A stretch of 64,000 nucleotides of DNA from Lama guanicoe (lineage: Eukaryota): contig MU054323.1 in NCBI GenBank assembly GCA_013239625.1, positions 11,865,815-11,929,814 on the forward strand. The letters are read 5' to 3'. Below are positions 12,431 through 25,400 of this stretch, in pieces. The translations under genes were made by a program, and so were the position numbers. Under the pieces are notes generated by a model that did no database searches, was not told the DNA's origin, and worked only from the letters and a program-made list of their open reading frames with translations. The first letter of the stretch is position 1, and every line of letters starts with the position of its first letter.

Positions 12431-13460
12431 CCAGGACAGAGCTTGCCGGGCCCCCAACTGTCTGTGCGGCCTCACTCCCACCACTACCCCACAAGCTAAG
12501 CTCTCGCTGCTCCTTTTCCAAACACACCATTTCCTTCCTTGATTCTGTATCTTTTTTTTTGCCACGTGCAGGACCCTCTATCTGGAACCTCGCTGCTCTC
12601 CTTTATTGTCTCTATTCTTTAAGATGGCTAAGCATCACTCCCACGAGGCCTCCCCTGACCTTCTCAGGTTGGCCTGGCACCTGCCCTCAGGTCTTCCATA
12701 GCACTCGGTGCATGCCCACCACAGTGCACCTCAGACCACCTGTCAGTCATCTGTCACCCCAGTAGACCGTGATTCTGTGTCCCCAATGCCTCACACAGCT
12801 CCCGACCCACTGTAGGAGGCTGACACGTCTTCTGATGGATGGGTAAATGTTTGAACAGCTGGCTGGCTGGACAAGTGGATGAGATAAGAGCTCACTTCCC
12901 AACTGGCCTTACCATGCCAGGCCACATGCAAACCAGCTGAGTTAACCTACTGATCCAGTCAGTGGAGATCACTGAGAGGACGTTGGTCTAATGGAGAGTA
13001 ACTGCATCCTGGTCATGCCTTCTCCCTACTAGTGGCAGGTTAGTCCTAGGTCACATCTAAATTAGCCAGCAGAGTTTCTGAAACATCTTCTGGTCAGTAT
13101 GGTCTCCAGACTGTATCTGTGGTCCAGAGAACCCCTCGCTGACACCCTAGGGCTTCAATGAGTAAGCCTTCTCCTGCTTCCGAGGTTCCAGGTGAGCAGA
13201 AGGCAGAGTTGCTGTATGTTTCACTTAAAAGGAACTTCAATAACAAGATGGCCCCTTTCTCAGAGGTCCCTGGAGCTGGGACCCTGGCACTGGAGACGGG
13301 GGCAGCCCTCCTGAGGCCACACTTCACAGAGGTGGTGATACGTCCAGAGAGGGGATGTGGAGGAAGAAGAGGAAAGTAGAAATGGAGTATAACAGCTTGA
13401 GCATTTCAGAAGAATGGTCAGGATGGGAGACCATGTCTTGAAAACAACAAACAAAAATAA

Positions 13461-13578
13461 ATGTATATATTCCTTTTCATATTTTTTTCATTATATAGGC
13501 TATTACAAGATATTGAATATTCCCTGAAATTAATACAACATTGTAAACTGATTATACTTCAATAAAAATAAATAAAAG
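13461..13578. mobile_element. Short 5'-inverted L1 3' end
   Basis: 13461-13521 is an antisense L1 3'UTR piece; 13522-13578 is the sense L1 terminus with an A-rich tail. Confidence 0.7.
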
Positions 13579-14682
13579 TACTATCTATTTATGAATTATA
13601 AAAAAAAGAATCTAAGAGGTGTTTAGGATTATGGCTAAAAATGAAAATTTAATAATAATAGTTCATATTTCACAAATTACTCATAAAGTACAGAACCTTT
13701 AGGAAAAAACCCAAAACCAAAAATAAATAATAATAGTTGTAGAAAAAAAATACTTGGACTGCCCAAGGGAAAAAGAGGTGCTTCATTTATCAAGTGCCGA
13801 CAGCTTACCAGCATTATTTACTCTTCATGGTGACCCAGTAAGGTAGATATCTGGGGCTGCATTTTGCAAATGAGTCACCTGAGGTCCCACGTCACCCAGC
13901 TAGAATGTTCCTGCCTTACCTCCCCTCACTTTCATCCCTGCTGGATTTTGTACCTGCCCAGTCCTGGGGACACTGGGAGGGAGCTGGTAACTCAGGCCGT
14001 AGGGCCGGCGACCCCAGGGGGCCATCTTCCCAGAGCTCCCCCAGAGCTGGGCACATAGCTTGTCCCTCCACCAGGCCAGGCAGAGCTGGCCCCCCTTTAC
14101 CCACCCAGTACCCACAAAACTCAGTTTTTCCTTTTTTATTTCAGTATAAATAGAAATACCAATATTTCATGGGGAAAACATCGGCTCGAAAATCTCGGAG
14201 GCTGAGATCACTCTAACCCAGCGTGACGGCAGAGGGAAGGTCGTGCTCCTTACAGCCAACTGCTGACTGCCCTGCCCCGGGCCTTAACTGGAATCTGGAA
14301 GTTTCTCTCGGGTGACTGAGTCTTTATACAAAACATGAGAGAAGGGGAAGTGGAAAAGCAGGGATAGAGAAAGGGCAGATATTTTAGCCCCCTCTGGCAC
14401 TGTCCTTTTCTTTTATCAATTAGCGTCATTGTTCTCTGAGATTTGAAAGCCTAGGACAGGCTCCCCCGGCATGTGTGACTGCTTGGGCTGGACCTCTGGA
14501 CAACACAACCTTCTGGACTCCCTGACCTCACCTCTCTTGGAATCTAAGGACCAACTCCTTGTTCCTCCTTTCCTGGACTTCCACCTGCTTCCACACCTTC
14601 CACCTGCTTGGTCATGATAAGCTTTGGCTTTTGACTTCTGGTGTCCACCACTGATACCTACCACTCAGACCTGTGGCATGAC

Positions 14683-14688
14683 TTTATT
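14683..14688 (-). terminator. Candidate CAPN14 polyadenylation signal (AATAAA), giving a 3'UTR of about 1.8 kb
   Basis: First minus-strand AATAAA I found past the stop codon, followed by GT-rich sequence. ATTAAA at 15122-15127 and 14977-14982 are alternatives. Confidence 0.4.
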
Positions 14689-16450
14689 CTGACGCTTGAA
14701 CAGTCTATTCTGTCCTAGATTTTTCCCTTCCCCCACACCCTGGAGTGACAGAAGATGGGCAGGGGTGAGGTAGGAGGGGGAGGTGGCTCTGCCCCTCTCT
14801 CCAGTACTCAGCTTTGGGGGGCATTGGAGGGGCTCAGCAGGGATGGAGGTCAGCAGGGCACACGTCATCTCTGAGTTGCCACAGTGGTACATAAATTCAG
14901 GGTAGTGAGGATAACACATGAGTGTCAGGGGGGCAGCTCAGACCCCCCAGAAGCCAAAAGGGGGAGCTCTATCAGATTTAATTAATTTGGACATAGATTC
15001 CTTCTGCACCAAGCAGAACCATCACACTGTAATGCAAGAGTCATGAACGGGATAAGGGTACCACCTTCCTACCACCCAAAAAAATATGCAAAATTGCCTT
15101 CATGGAGCAAAGTAACAATTATTTAATAAAAACAAATATTTACAATGGCAGAGTCTAAAGACACAGATACTGATAAATAAACAGACATATAAATCTTTAA
15201 AAGACTATAAATACGTGATGCTACAAAAGTAGTAATACCTCATTTACTACTGTAGATGGTACTTTATGGCAAACCATTTTACATTTTATCATTTGGAATA
15301 AATAAAAGTTTTTCTAAATAAAATGCTTTCCTACTTCCTTGAGCCATGCTTTGAAAGTGCTCTGTCCCCCTGCAGAGCCCACCTACCGGGCTGTCACACT
15401 TCCTCTAGTTCTGCCAATGGACACTCTTTTATCCCCTTATTCAGCCTCCATCTTTAGCTGGACCTGGAAACCAGATAGCTATGTTTGTTAGAATAGTTTG
15501 TAAATTAATAATAAATAGAATTTTAACAAATGGCTCTGGGTTGCTAACTTATGAGTAAAATTCATGGGCTTTGGAAAATGGCCACTGCTGTGGTTTTCCA
15601 CCTGGGTTCTGCGTTGTTAGGGATGCCAGGAAAATGAGGTATCTATGTAGTTCAAAAAGATAAGATATACCAACTGTCTACAGATTAACTCAATGATGTA
15701 GCATGGATTTGTTGTTCTTTGAAATAGATTTGATAGCCCATAGGTCAAGTAAATAGACTAACACCCATTTGAAGCAGGAAGCCCTTTAAGAAGTCAGGTA
15801 TTTTAAATCCACTGGTACCTCCCCAAGTCCAATCATCTGGAGACATTGTCAGCAGAAGATCACCCAGTGACCTCAGGTGCCAAAGCCAGCCCATCTCACC
15901 TAGTCCCTACCAATTTTGTCATTTTCTGTGCTCTTGAAAGCTCAATATATCCCCATCCCTCCCTCAAACAGTTAAAACTTAGCCTACGCCTCTATCAATT
16001 TATAGATGCCGGTACAGGTGTCCACAAATGTATCATTCCCTCTTCAGACATTGAAACCTAGACTATTACCCCAAATGTGATGACACTTGGCATGTCTAAG
16101 GTCATTTAAGTTGGACATCCATGGAGGCAGCATTGTATAAAGGTTTAGCACGCCAAGTCTGGAGCAGATTGATTAAGCCACATCTCTGCTTGTGGCAAGG
16201 TTGTGATCACAGAGAAAGAGCTGATCTTTACAAGTCCAAGGCGATCGTTACTATCTCCCTTCCCTTTTTGCATGCTGGCCATCCAAAGCGGGTGATCTGC
16301 AGAAAAGAAGTCTTCCCAGATAAGAAGGTGATGGCTGGAGATGTGGTCCAGCCAACTGCAGGTGGGTTGAGCATATGCTGGTCTCAGCCAAAGTCCACCC
16401 TTAAGCCATATGCAGAGTCCTGAATGAGGGCCAATGAGCGTCCAGCCTTC

Positions 16451-16477
16451 TCAGGTGTACAGAGTCATCATCAACCA
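16451..16477 (-). CDS. CAPN14: CAPN14 last coding exon (exon 22) with stop codon
   Basis: [17 protein letters not shown]; resembles the calpain C-terminus (human WMMMALYS* as recalled). Confidence 0.93.
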   Translation of the reverse strand, partial: WLMMTLYT

Positions 16478-19400
16478 CTAGAATAATGGGAAAGCAAATT
16501 ATGGTCTGTTCAGACCCATCAGTTAAGGATGCTTCACTTCACAGTCACCAGGTCCTAGAGCCTGACACAGGACTTGGGGCCGCCTCCCTCTCACTCCTGG
16601 GAAGCCATGGAGACAGGACATTAATGGATGGTTTAGCCAGAGGGACCTCACTATCCGGTAGTAAGTATAAATCAACCTGAAATATAATCAACCTTGACTT
16701 CTCATGGTGCTTGTGAATGATGATAGCCAAGATACAGGCTGATTCTATATTCAATTCTCAATGCAATTTTCCCCCACAAATTCAATTTGGCATGCTCGTG
16801 ACAGCAGTGTGCAGGTGTGGACCGGCCAGGTAGCAGAAATCCATTAGCACATATTCTCCGTGTTTACATTTATGGGCCCATTTGTCTGACAGCTTTATGT
16901 GGGTGTGATGAGTGGTCCCTCTAACTCACACGGGGGGACCTCTGGGGAAACCACTTCCCAGGTCCGTTACATAAAAATTGTGATGCGGATGCTAGAGATG
17001 ATGAAGATGATGATGGTGAAGTTAGCAACAATGTCAGAGAAAACCCCAGAGGGAAACGCCATCAAGTCGGCTGCCAGTCCCTGTAGACTAACTTGGATTG
17101 CCTTGAGGATCTCCTCAAGGAACCAGAGATGGTCAGAGCTGGAGAGAATCTTGAAGACCCAGCCCAACCCACACATAGGGAAGTTGGGGCCCAGAGATTG
17201 AATGTGATTTGCCGACAGTCCCACAGGTAGTTGCAAGGACTGCTATGGCTTCAACCCGAGTCTCGGTCCAGCTCTCTTTCCATGAAAGCACGTCTCTTTC
17301 AGGAGCCCGTTCAGGCTGTGGGTGTCCTGTTGTCCCACTCTCTCTGCTCTGAGCCTGCTGCTATGGAAGGATTGCTTGGGATCAGGAGGGGACCTTGGGG
17401 ATCTGTGGGTGTGGATGTGCTCAGAAGATTCTAACCATTGCCCCTCCAGTTGCATCCTACCTTCATACTCAAATATGGGAGCAATAGAGGGAGTCCCTAT
17501 ATCTTAGATTATTCCATAAAATGGACATCTGAGGTCAAGGAAGAAATCTCAGCTTTTACTAGTCCCTTTCTAAGCTGCTCAGAGGCTGTGTTTTGGAAAG
17601 AAAGGGCAGAGGACCCAATTCCAGACTCCAGTGTCTTTGCAGTGAACACCACCTGGTCTCACACCTGGCACAGAGGAGGTGCTCAGTGAATCCATGCAGC
17701 CTGAATGATCAGGGAAGACAATCAGTGTCAGACACAGATTTGTTTCCTCCTCAGAATATCACTTCATTCATTCAACCAACATTTATCAAGCACCTACTAT
17801 GTGCAAAGCAATTTGGGAAGAGGATACAGAGACAAGATGGGAACCCCTGCCCATATGGGAAAGGCTCAGCCAGCCCTTGACAGGAGGTTTATTTCTAGCC
17901 TGTAGGTTTTACCTGATCTGACTGTGATCTCTTCAGACTCCTCTGGACCCAGCTTCCCCACTCTCCCCACTCCAGCCCCGAGCACACATGCCGTCCCTCT
18001 CAGCCGGGCCTTTCCTCTTCTCCACTCTCCCTGCCTGGCTCCTGGTTATCTGTGATGTTTCAGCTTCGATGTCACCTCCTCTTGAAAGGCCTCTGTGGAA
18101 GGCTTGATCCAGCCAGCTGCCCTACTACTGTCTGTGCTAGAGTTGATTGCCAGTCCAGGTCTCCACCCTTCTCCGGGTCTACCCTCTGCAAGTGACTTTG
18201 AAGTTCCTCTCCTGGCAGAGGGGAAGTGGGCTTGGCCATAGGACTTGCTTTGGACAAGAGAAGGGGTTGCAAGTCACAGCTGCCAGATGGGAGCCCTGGC
18301 CTCAGAGCCCCTGTGTGTTTTAGTGGCTCCCCTGTGCTTCCACCATTGTCCTAAGATGAGCGAGCCTGGCCAGAGCTTCCTCAGTGAAGGAACCCTGGCA
18401 AAGCCCCAGCTGACCCACCGATGCATGAGCCAGCTGGGACCCGCTGACTCCCCGCCACATGCCGGGGGAGCTGAATAAATGCTGCTGTCGCCACTGAAGC
18501 TGTCTGGATCTGTCATGCGGCGTGATTGAGGTCATAGTTACTGGGCACTGAGTCAATCTCCTGTTCCCTGCACATGTGCCCGGCACACGGTGGTTGCCAG
18601 TGATATCTGATGAATGGATGACTGAGTGCAATTAATACAGCCCTGCATCCTGAACTCAGGAGAAGAAAGGGCCCCAGAACCCTTCTCCTTCACAGGACCC
18701 TGGACCTGCAGCGGCCACCTCTCCCTAAGATAATGTTAGCCAACCCGGTGGGGAAGGTCTTACCTCTGGCTTCTGGAGGTATATCCCTTTGCCATCTTGG
18801 GTCAAGTTTTGGAAGACATCTGTGAAAATGTGGCAGAAAGGAACACAGCTACGGTGTGTGTGTGTTGGAAACATTAGGGGCTAGTTCCTCCCTTAGGTCC
18901 CCTCACCCAGCATCTCAATTTTGGCCTCTGGGCAAACACGTGGCCACACTTATTATAAGCCGGCCACCTCAAACCTTTGCCCTGGAGCAGACAAGGTAGA
19001 TCCCAGCTGCAGGGGCGCACAGCACGCTGGCTGTGATTTCTGCACTGGCAGCTGTTCTCTCTCATGCTTGAAGTGGGGACAGGTGGGCAATCCATGAGGA
19101 GTGGAAGCCCCAGGGCCCCTTTTCCCCAGCTCACCCTCCATGTTCTCCACACGCAGCATCAAGTGGACAAAGCTGACAAAGTCCATCTGGAGATCAGGGC
19201 CACCATAGCGGATAAGCATCAGCTGGCAGACATCATCACCGAGCACAATTCCTGCAGTGAACACGCTCCTGCCATGGGTGCCGGGGCCTCACATCCAGCT
19301 CCCCTCCCACCAGAGGCCCCTAAATTGTCCCTCCACTTCCTGAACCCTAACAGAACAGGATCCTCTTTTACAGGGATCATTCTGTATCATTCAATTACTT

Positions 19401-22400
19401 AGCCTCTTAATTTTATTTTACCTTCATTCTCCATCTCGGTCCCCTAGGCAACCAGCATGAGGATCTTTTTATCAAGTGAATCACTAGCCTTCAAGGCAGG
19501 AAGGAAGCAGTCGGCTTAGTGGTCAGGAGCATCTGCCTTGGAGCCCAGGAGCCCTGGATTTAAGCCCCGGGCAAGTTACTTAACTTCTCTGAGCTTCAAT
19601 TTCTTCCTCTGTAAAGTGGGGCTTATAACAGGGTGTGGCAAAGATTAAATGGGAGTGAGGATTTCCAGCCTTCAATAAATGTTAGCTGTGATCAATCGTA
19701 GTGACGGTAATAAATGTTTCAGTTATTTGCAGATCCTCGTCTCTGGGCCTCGAAACTCAGGGAGTAACTTTGCTTGTCAGAATTACTGCAGGACTTCGCG
19801 TACCCCTTCCCCAGCCTGCCTGGTGGGTGTGTGCCCCGGTAGCACCAGAACCCCACCCACTCCCCGCCACCCCGTGCTTACCTGCCTCCCTCATGGCGGC
19901 CCGCAGCTGGGCCCAGTTCAGGGATCCTGACTGGTTCGTGTCTTGCTTGTGGAAAACCTCCTGCGAAGAAGCCACACCAAAGGCTAAGGAAGCCAGCCAT
20001 TTCCAAGCACTGCCTGAGAGCTCCTTGCACCCCAGGGTCAAGGCTGCAGGACTATGAGGCTCCACCTATGGGGCCAGCTGCCCCAGCGAGATTAAGGCAG
20101 AGGGTCCATGCCAGGACCCCACCCCCTCTCCCGGTTCTCCTTAAGGCTTCGGACCGAGAGCGGTCTTTGTGTCCCAGGGCATGGACAGTGCGAGTATAGG
20201 TAAATGTGCATAATCTAAGTATATCATCCAGACTCTGAAGGGCTTCCAACTTTATGACTCAGGAGACGGGGAGAGTTGTGAGTAATGATTGGAAAAGCAG
20301 GAGGGGGCCAATTTATGAAGGACTCTAAATGCCACGCTAAGGAGTGGGGACTTGATCTGAAGGCCAGGGGGAGTTTCAAAAAGCTTTTAGTAAGGAAGCA
20401 CATGATCGGATGTGTCCTTGAGAAGTTCAGGAGACTACTGCCACAGGCTCTCAGTTTGGGAGAGAGGGGAGGGCTCACTCAAAGGACATTAGAGAAGATT
20501 GGGTGAGTGTTTGGGCAGGAGGGCTGAAAGGGAGAGAAGTATCTTACACAGCTTTGCAGAACTGCCATTTCTGCTCCATCCCATGGGGTGTGGGGAACAC
20601 CTGTTCTTACCTGATAGTGCATCAGCTGCTTCCACAGGTCCCTGAATTCCTGGATACTCACGGTGCCAGATGCATTAAGCTGATAGCAGGGTTAAGGTCA
20701 AAGCCACTAGAGGAGTTTCATCCACAACTCTGGAGGCAGTGATGGGCCCTCCACAGAGCAGTGTGCCACTTGGGACGGCCCCATTCAATGTTGGACATCC
20801 CTAGTTGGCTTCCCCTGGCTGGTCAGTCCAGCCCGGGGCTCCCTCGCCCTTGCTAGGAAAGGATAGAATGAGCTGGAGCACAACTGCACCGGGAGGAGAG
20901 GATGGTGGTGATGATCGAGATGCCAACAGCCACCATTTAGTGGAGCAGGGCATTTTGACATGGCCGATGTGATGTGATTGAAATAAAAAATAGTAACTTT
21001 TTTTCATTGTTGTCAAAACCAACTCATGGAAGAAGTCAGGCATAGAGTGGCTGAGAATGCCTCTTATATTTATTTTTATGAACAAAGCTCAATGGTTGGC
21101 CCTGTAGATCATGTCCAAATGCACCAGAGAGACTGGGTGAAAGATACCACCCCACGCCACCTCTGTTTGAGCCCTGACAGTGAGCCTAGCACCGAGCTAC
21201 GCGCTTGACTACGTACTTCATTTTCACCTAATAGGTAGGGTAGGTGCTAACTGCCCCCTTTATGGATGATGAAATGAGGGCTCAGTGAGTATAATCTTGT
21301 CCAAGTTCATACAGTTGGCGACAAGGTGGGGACCTGCCCCAACACCTGCCCACCTGCCCACCATCCCCTCCTGCAAAGTTTCTGCAAAGACTCTTTGTAT
21401 TTGCAACTTCCCTCCTCACACTATGCTTTCTATGTGCCTCTCTGGAATAGGGGTAACTAAAGTCCGATTAACTTGTCCACCTAGAAAGGCAGAGGGTTTG
21501 CTTGAAAAATCAGATTTGAGAACAAGAAAAGCTGAGTTTGTGGCACATCACTGAAATTCCCAAGCTCTGGTTTCCTGATCTGGGAATGAGGACCGCCATT
21601 GACTTGTCACCAAATGGAAAACTCAGGCCCCCTAGGCTCTTGTGAAAGCTTCTTGTAACCAGGAGAATTGTTACTAGCCCCCACCCGCAGCTGCCTCCTC
21701 CTATTAGGAAATAAGCATATTACTATTATTAATAACCGTATGGATCCATTATTCGATGACAGTTCTGTCCTGAGCACCTGACATGGGTCATCTCCTATGC
21801 ATTCTCATACCGATTCTCTGGAATAGGTTTTACTACCATCTTGGTGCTGCAGGTGAGGACCTGGGGGCATGATGAAGCCAAGTGACTTGTTCAAGATCAC
21901 AGAACTAGCAAGTGTCAGGGTTAGGATTCCAGTCCAGGCAGCCTGGCTCCAGGGCAGAGCTCTCAAACAGCAGCAGGCATCCACCTCCAAACCTGAAAGG
22001 ATACATCCAGTAGCGCCAGGATCCCCTGGCAGGCCTCGAGGCTGAAGTGAGGCTGTGTGCTCCATAGACCTGTGAAGGAACAGAAAGAGTCTGCATGGGG
22101 CTGGCCCAGGACTGTGTGGCTCTTTTCTGAACAGGGAGAGGAAATGCTGTCTAGACTGGCCATGGGTTCAAATAACCACCATCTCTCTTGGGGGTGGGGA
22201 CAGGCAGGGAGACTGAGAGCAGTGGAGACAGAGAGAATGCTTGGTGAGGAGTCCTACAACCATGGAACACAGTAAAACCCTGCAGAGAACACCCTGGTTT
22301 TGCTTACACAGTGGGTCAGAGGAACATGGCCTGACGTTACCTGGTGGGGCCAGGACCAGAGAGTCCTGGACTCCCCAGCCTGAAATGGCAACTTGTCCAA

Positions 22401-25400
22401 GCTCCCACCCAAATTGGGGGGTTCTTTCCTCAAATGTCTTGACAGTTGTCAGTTGCGGGAGCTCAATTTTTCACATGGATGGATAGCTCCAAGTTAGGAG
22501 AAATTTCACATGTTCATTCCAACAGAAGCTCCTGGAAGATTCACTCACTAAATCCTATTTCTGCTTCCAGAAGCATATAAACAGGTACTGGACCCTCTTG
22601 GACTTCTCCCCTCTATTCTAAACATCTGAACGTGTCTCCACCGGTTCCCTAGATGAAATGGTTTCTAAACCCTTACCTGCCTCTTCTGCGCCCTATGCAT
22701 TGCCAGCATCTCTCCAAAACGTGGTACCAAGACTAGAATGCACATCTTCAGATGCAATTTGATCAAACAAAGTACAGTGGGTCTATCACTTCCAAAATTT
22801 TCAGTCTGCATTTCCCAAATTAGGTTCCAAGGGAGATATTTCGCAAAGAAAGGGTTTTGAGTTCCAATAAATCTGAAATACTTTGTCTCTACAGACCCTT
22901 TTTTGCATTCACCAGGTACCTTAGCATCTGACAGGTGCTGAGGAGCCCACACTGAAATTTTCTGTAACATGGAATTTCCTGAGCGTGAATGACCACAGAA
23001 CTTAATTCCTTTCATTTCATGGAACACTTACTAAAACCTCTAGGGTTCTAATACTTCTTGGAACACAATTTCAAAGACACACATCTAAATGCTTCCATTA
23101 AATACTGTCTGAATGTGAATTAGTTTATTTAGCAGCGACTTGAAACTTTTAGTGCATGTTAAGCTTGAGGTCAACTAAATTAACCAGGTATCTTTCAAAT
23201 AAGCTGCCACAAAGGTGAAGGCACTTCTGTTAGGAAATTGTGCAATCAATTTTTTAAACATAATAAATGGCAATTTTTAATTATCATCCTGACTCCATTT
23301 CATCTTTTTGGCGTGGGCACAGCTTGTGGTGAACATTTCTGACTTTCAATTCTGCTGTCTATTAAATTAACGATTCCTCCCAGCTCAATGCCGTCTGCAG
23401 ATTTGATAAAGCCTGCAGATTCGATGTCTTCTTCCAAACCGCTGATAAAAGCTGAGGAAGTAAATGTGGGCCAAGGGCAGAATACAAAGGCTCTCCTCTA
23501 AATGTCTAAATGTACAGACTCTAACCTATAACACAGAATTATCCCTCTAGTTTTAGATTTATATAACTCTTGGGACTGATGGTAAAACTTGTGAATCAGA
23601 ATGCTACTTTACAACCCACATTTCATCATTTGTTATGGGAGACTTTATCAGTTTGCCAAAATCTACAGTAGCTCCCTGATCTATCTATCAGAAACGCTCT
23701 CAGAGGAATAAATCAAAGCAATTTGTCCATACATTCTTTCAAAAAATTATTTTGCATACTTGTGGTTAAGGACTTAAAATTTAAATGTGCAGAAGCCACC
23801 CCTTCTAGATAATTTCCCAAGAATTTTCTTTTGAGGAGGGGTGGGGAGGGGTTACATCTCATATTCTATAGCTTCTAGAGCCTTCTCTTCTGGCTCTTTT
23901 ATGATATCTGAGTTTGGCTTTAAGAAACCATCTGGAAATTATACAGTCTCTTTCTTTATTCCTTTATTGAAGTCTAGTCGGTTTATCATGTTGTGTCAAT
24001 TTCTGGTATACAGCATAATGCTTCAGTCATCCATATATATACATATATTCCTTTGCATATTCTTCATTATAGATTACTACAAAATATTGAATGTAGTTCC
24101 CTGTGCTATACAGTATAAACTAGTTGTTTATCTATTTCATATTTAGTAGTTAGTATCTGCAAACCTCAAACTCCCAATTTATTCCTTCCTGACCTCCTCC
24201 CCACTGATAACCATAAATTTGTTTTCTATGTGTGAGTCTGTTTCTATTTTGTAAATAAGCTCATTTGTGTCTTTTTTTATTTTTTATTTTTTAGATTCCA
24301 TATATAAGTTATACCATATGGTATTTTTATTTCTCTTTTTGGCTTACTTCACTTAGAATGAAGAGCTCCAGGTCGATTCATGTTGCTGCAAATGGCATTA
24401 TTTTATTCCTTTTTCTGGCTGAGTAGTATTCCACTGTATAAATATACCACAACTTCCTAATCCACACATCTATTGATGGACATTTAGGTTGTTTCCATGT
24501 ACTGTGCTGTTATGAACATTGGGGTGCATGTATCTTTTTGAATTAGAGTTTCCTCCAGATATATGTCCAAGAGTGGGATTGCTGGATCATATGGTACGTC
24601 TGTTTTTAGTTTTTTAAGGAATCTCCATACTGTTTTCCATAATGACTACACCAAACTACATTCCCACCAGCAGTGTAGGAGGGTTCCCTTTTCTCCACAC
24701 CCTCTCCAGCATATATCATTTGTGGACAAATTTCTGAGTGATACAGTACCCTGGACTGGAGTTTGTTTGGGTTTGAAGTCTTGACTTCATATAAAGGAGA
24801 AGCAATCACACATCTCAGGTAGCAAATATCCTTTAACTGTTTGGTTTACTGTTTCACTTTGAAATTCATTCTCTTCCCTGCAGAAATCATATTCTCTCAC
24901 TCAAAATATACATATAAAATATTTTTATATGGACTTCAAGCTTTCCTAATAATTTATCCCAAGCTTCATACAAAGACATCCACATTACCCATTTGTAGTC
25001 CTCGTAAGTTAGATGTGTTCTCTCCAATCAGATTTTTGTAAGTTGATCAATTTAAATATAAGTTCATCAGAGAGCTGCCTGGTAAGCTAGTCAATACTTA
25101 ATATTTATTTGCCAGGTTAAGGAAATGGGTGCCGCTCTTCCACAGGGAATTTATATGCCAATAAAGAAATACTCACCTACTCTTCTCAATCTAGCAAACT
25201 GGCAGAAATCTTCCTTTTCACTGCCATATATCTGTACACGCCTAGCTAAGCAGAAAAGGGGGCTATTTCCCATAAATTCCTCTACCTTTGTCAAACCACA
25301 TGACCCACCGTGATGTCAGACACAACTTCCACAGGGACCAGAGTGCAGTAATTCACATGGCCCACCAGAACAAAGAGAAACAGACCCAGGATTCAGAAAA

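Noticed and set aside
1..14000. GALNT14 exons expected by synteny
   Set aside because: No glycosyltransferase-like coding sequence or large CpG-island first exon seen; the gene probably starts left of the window.
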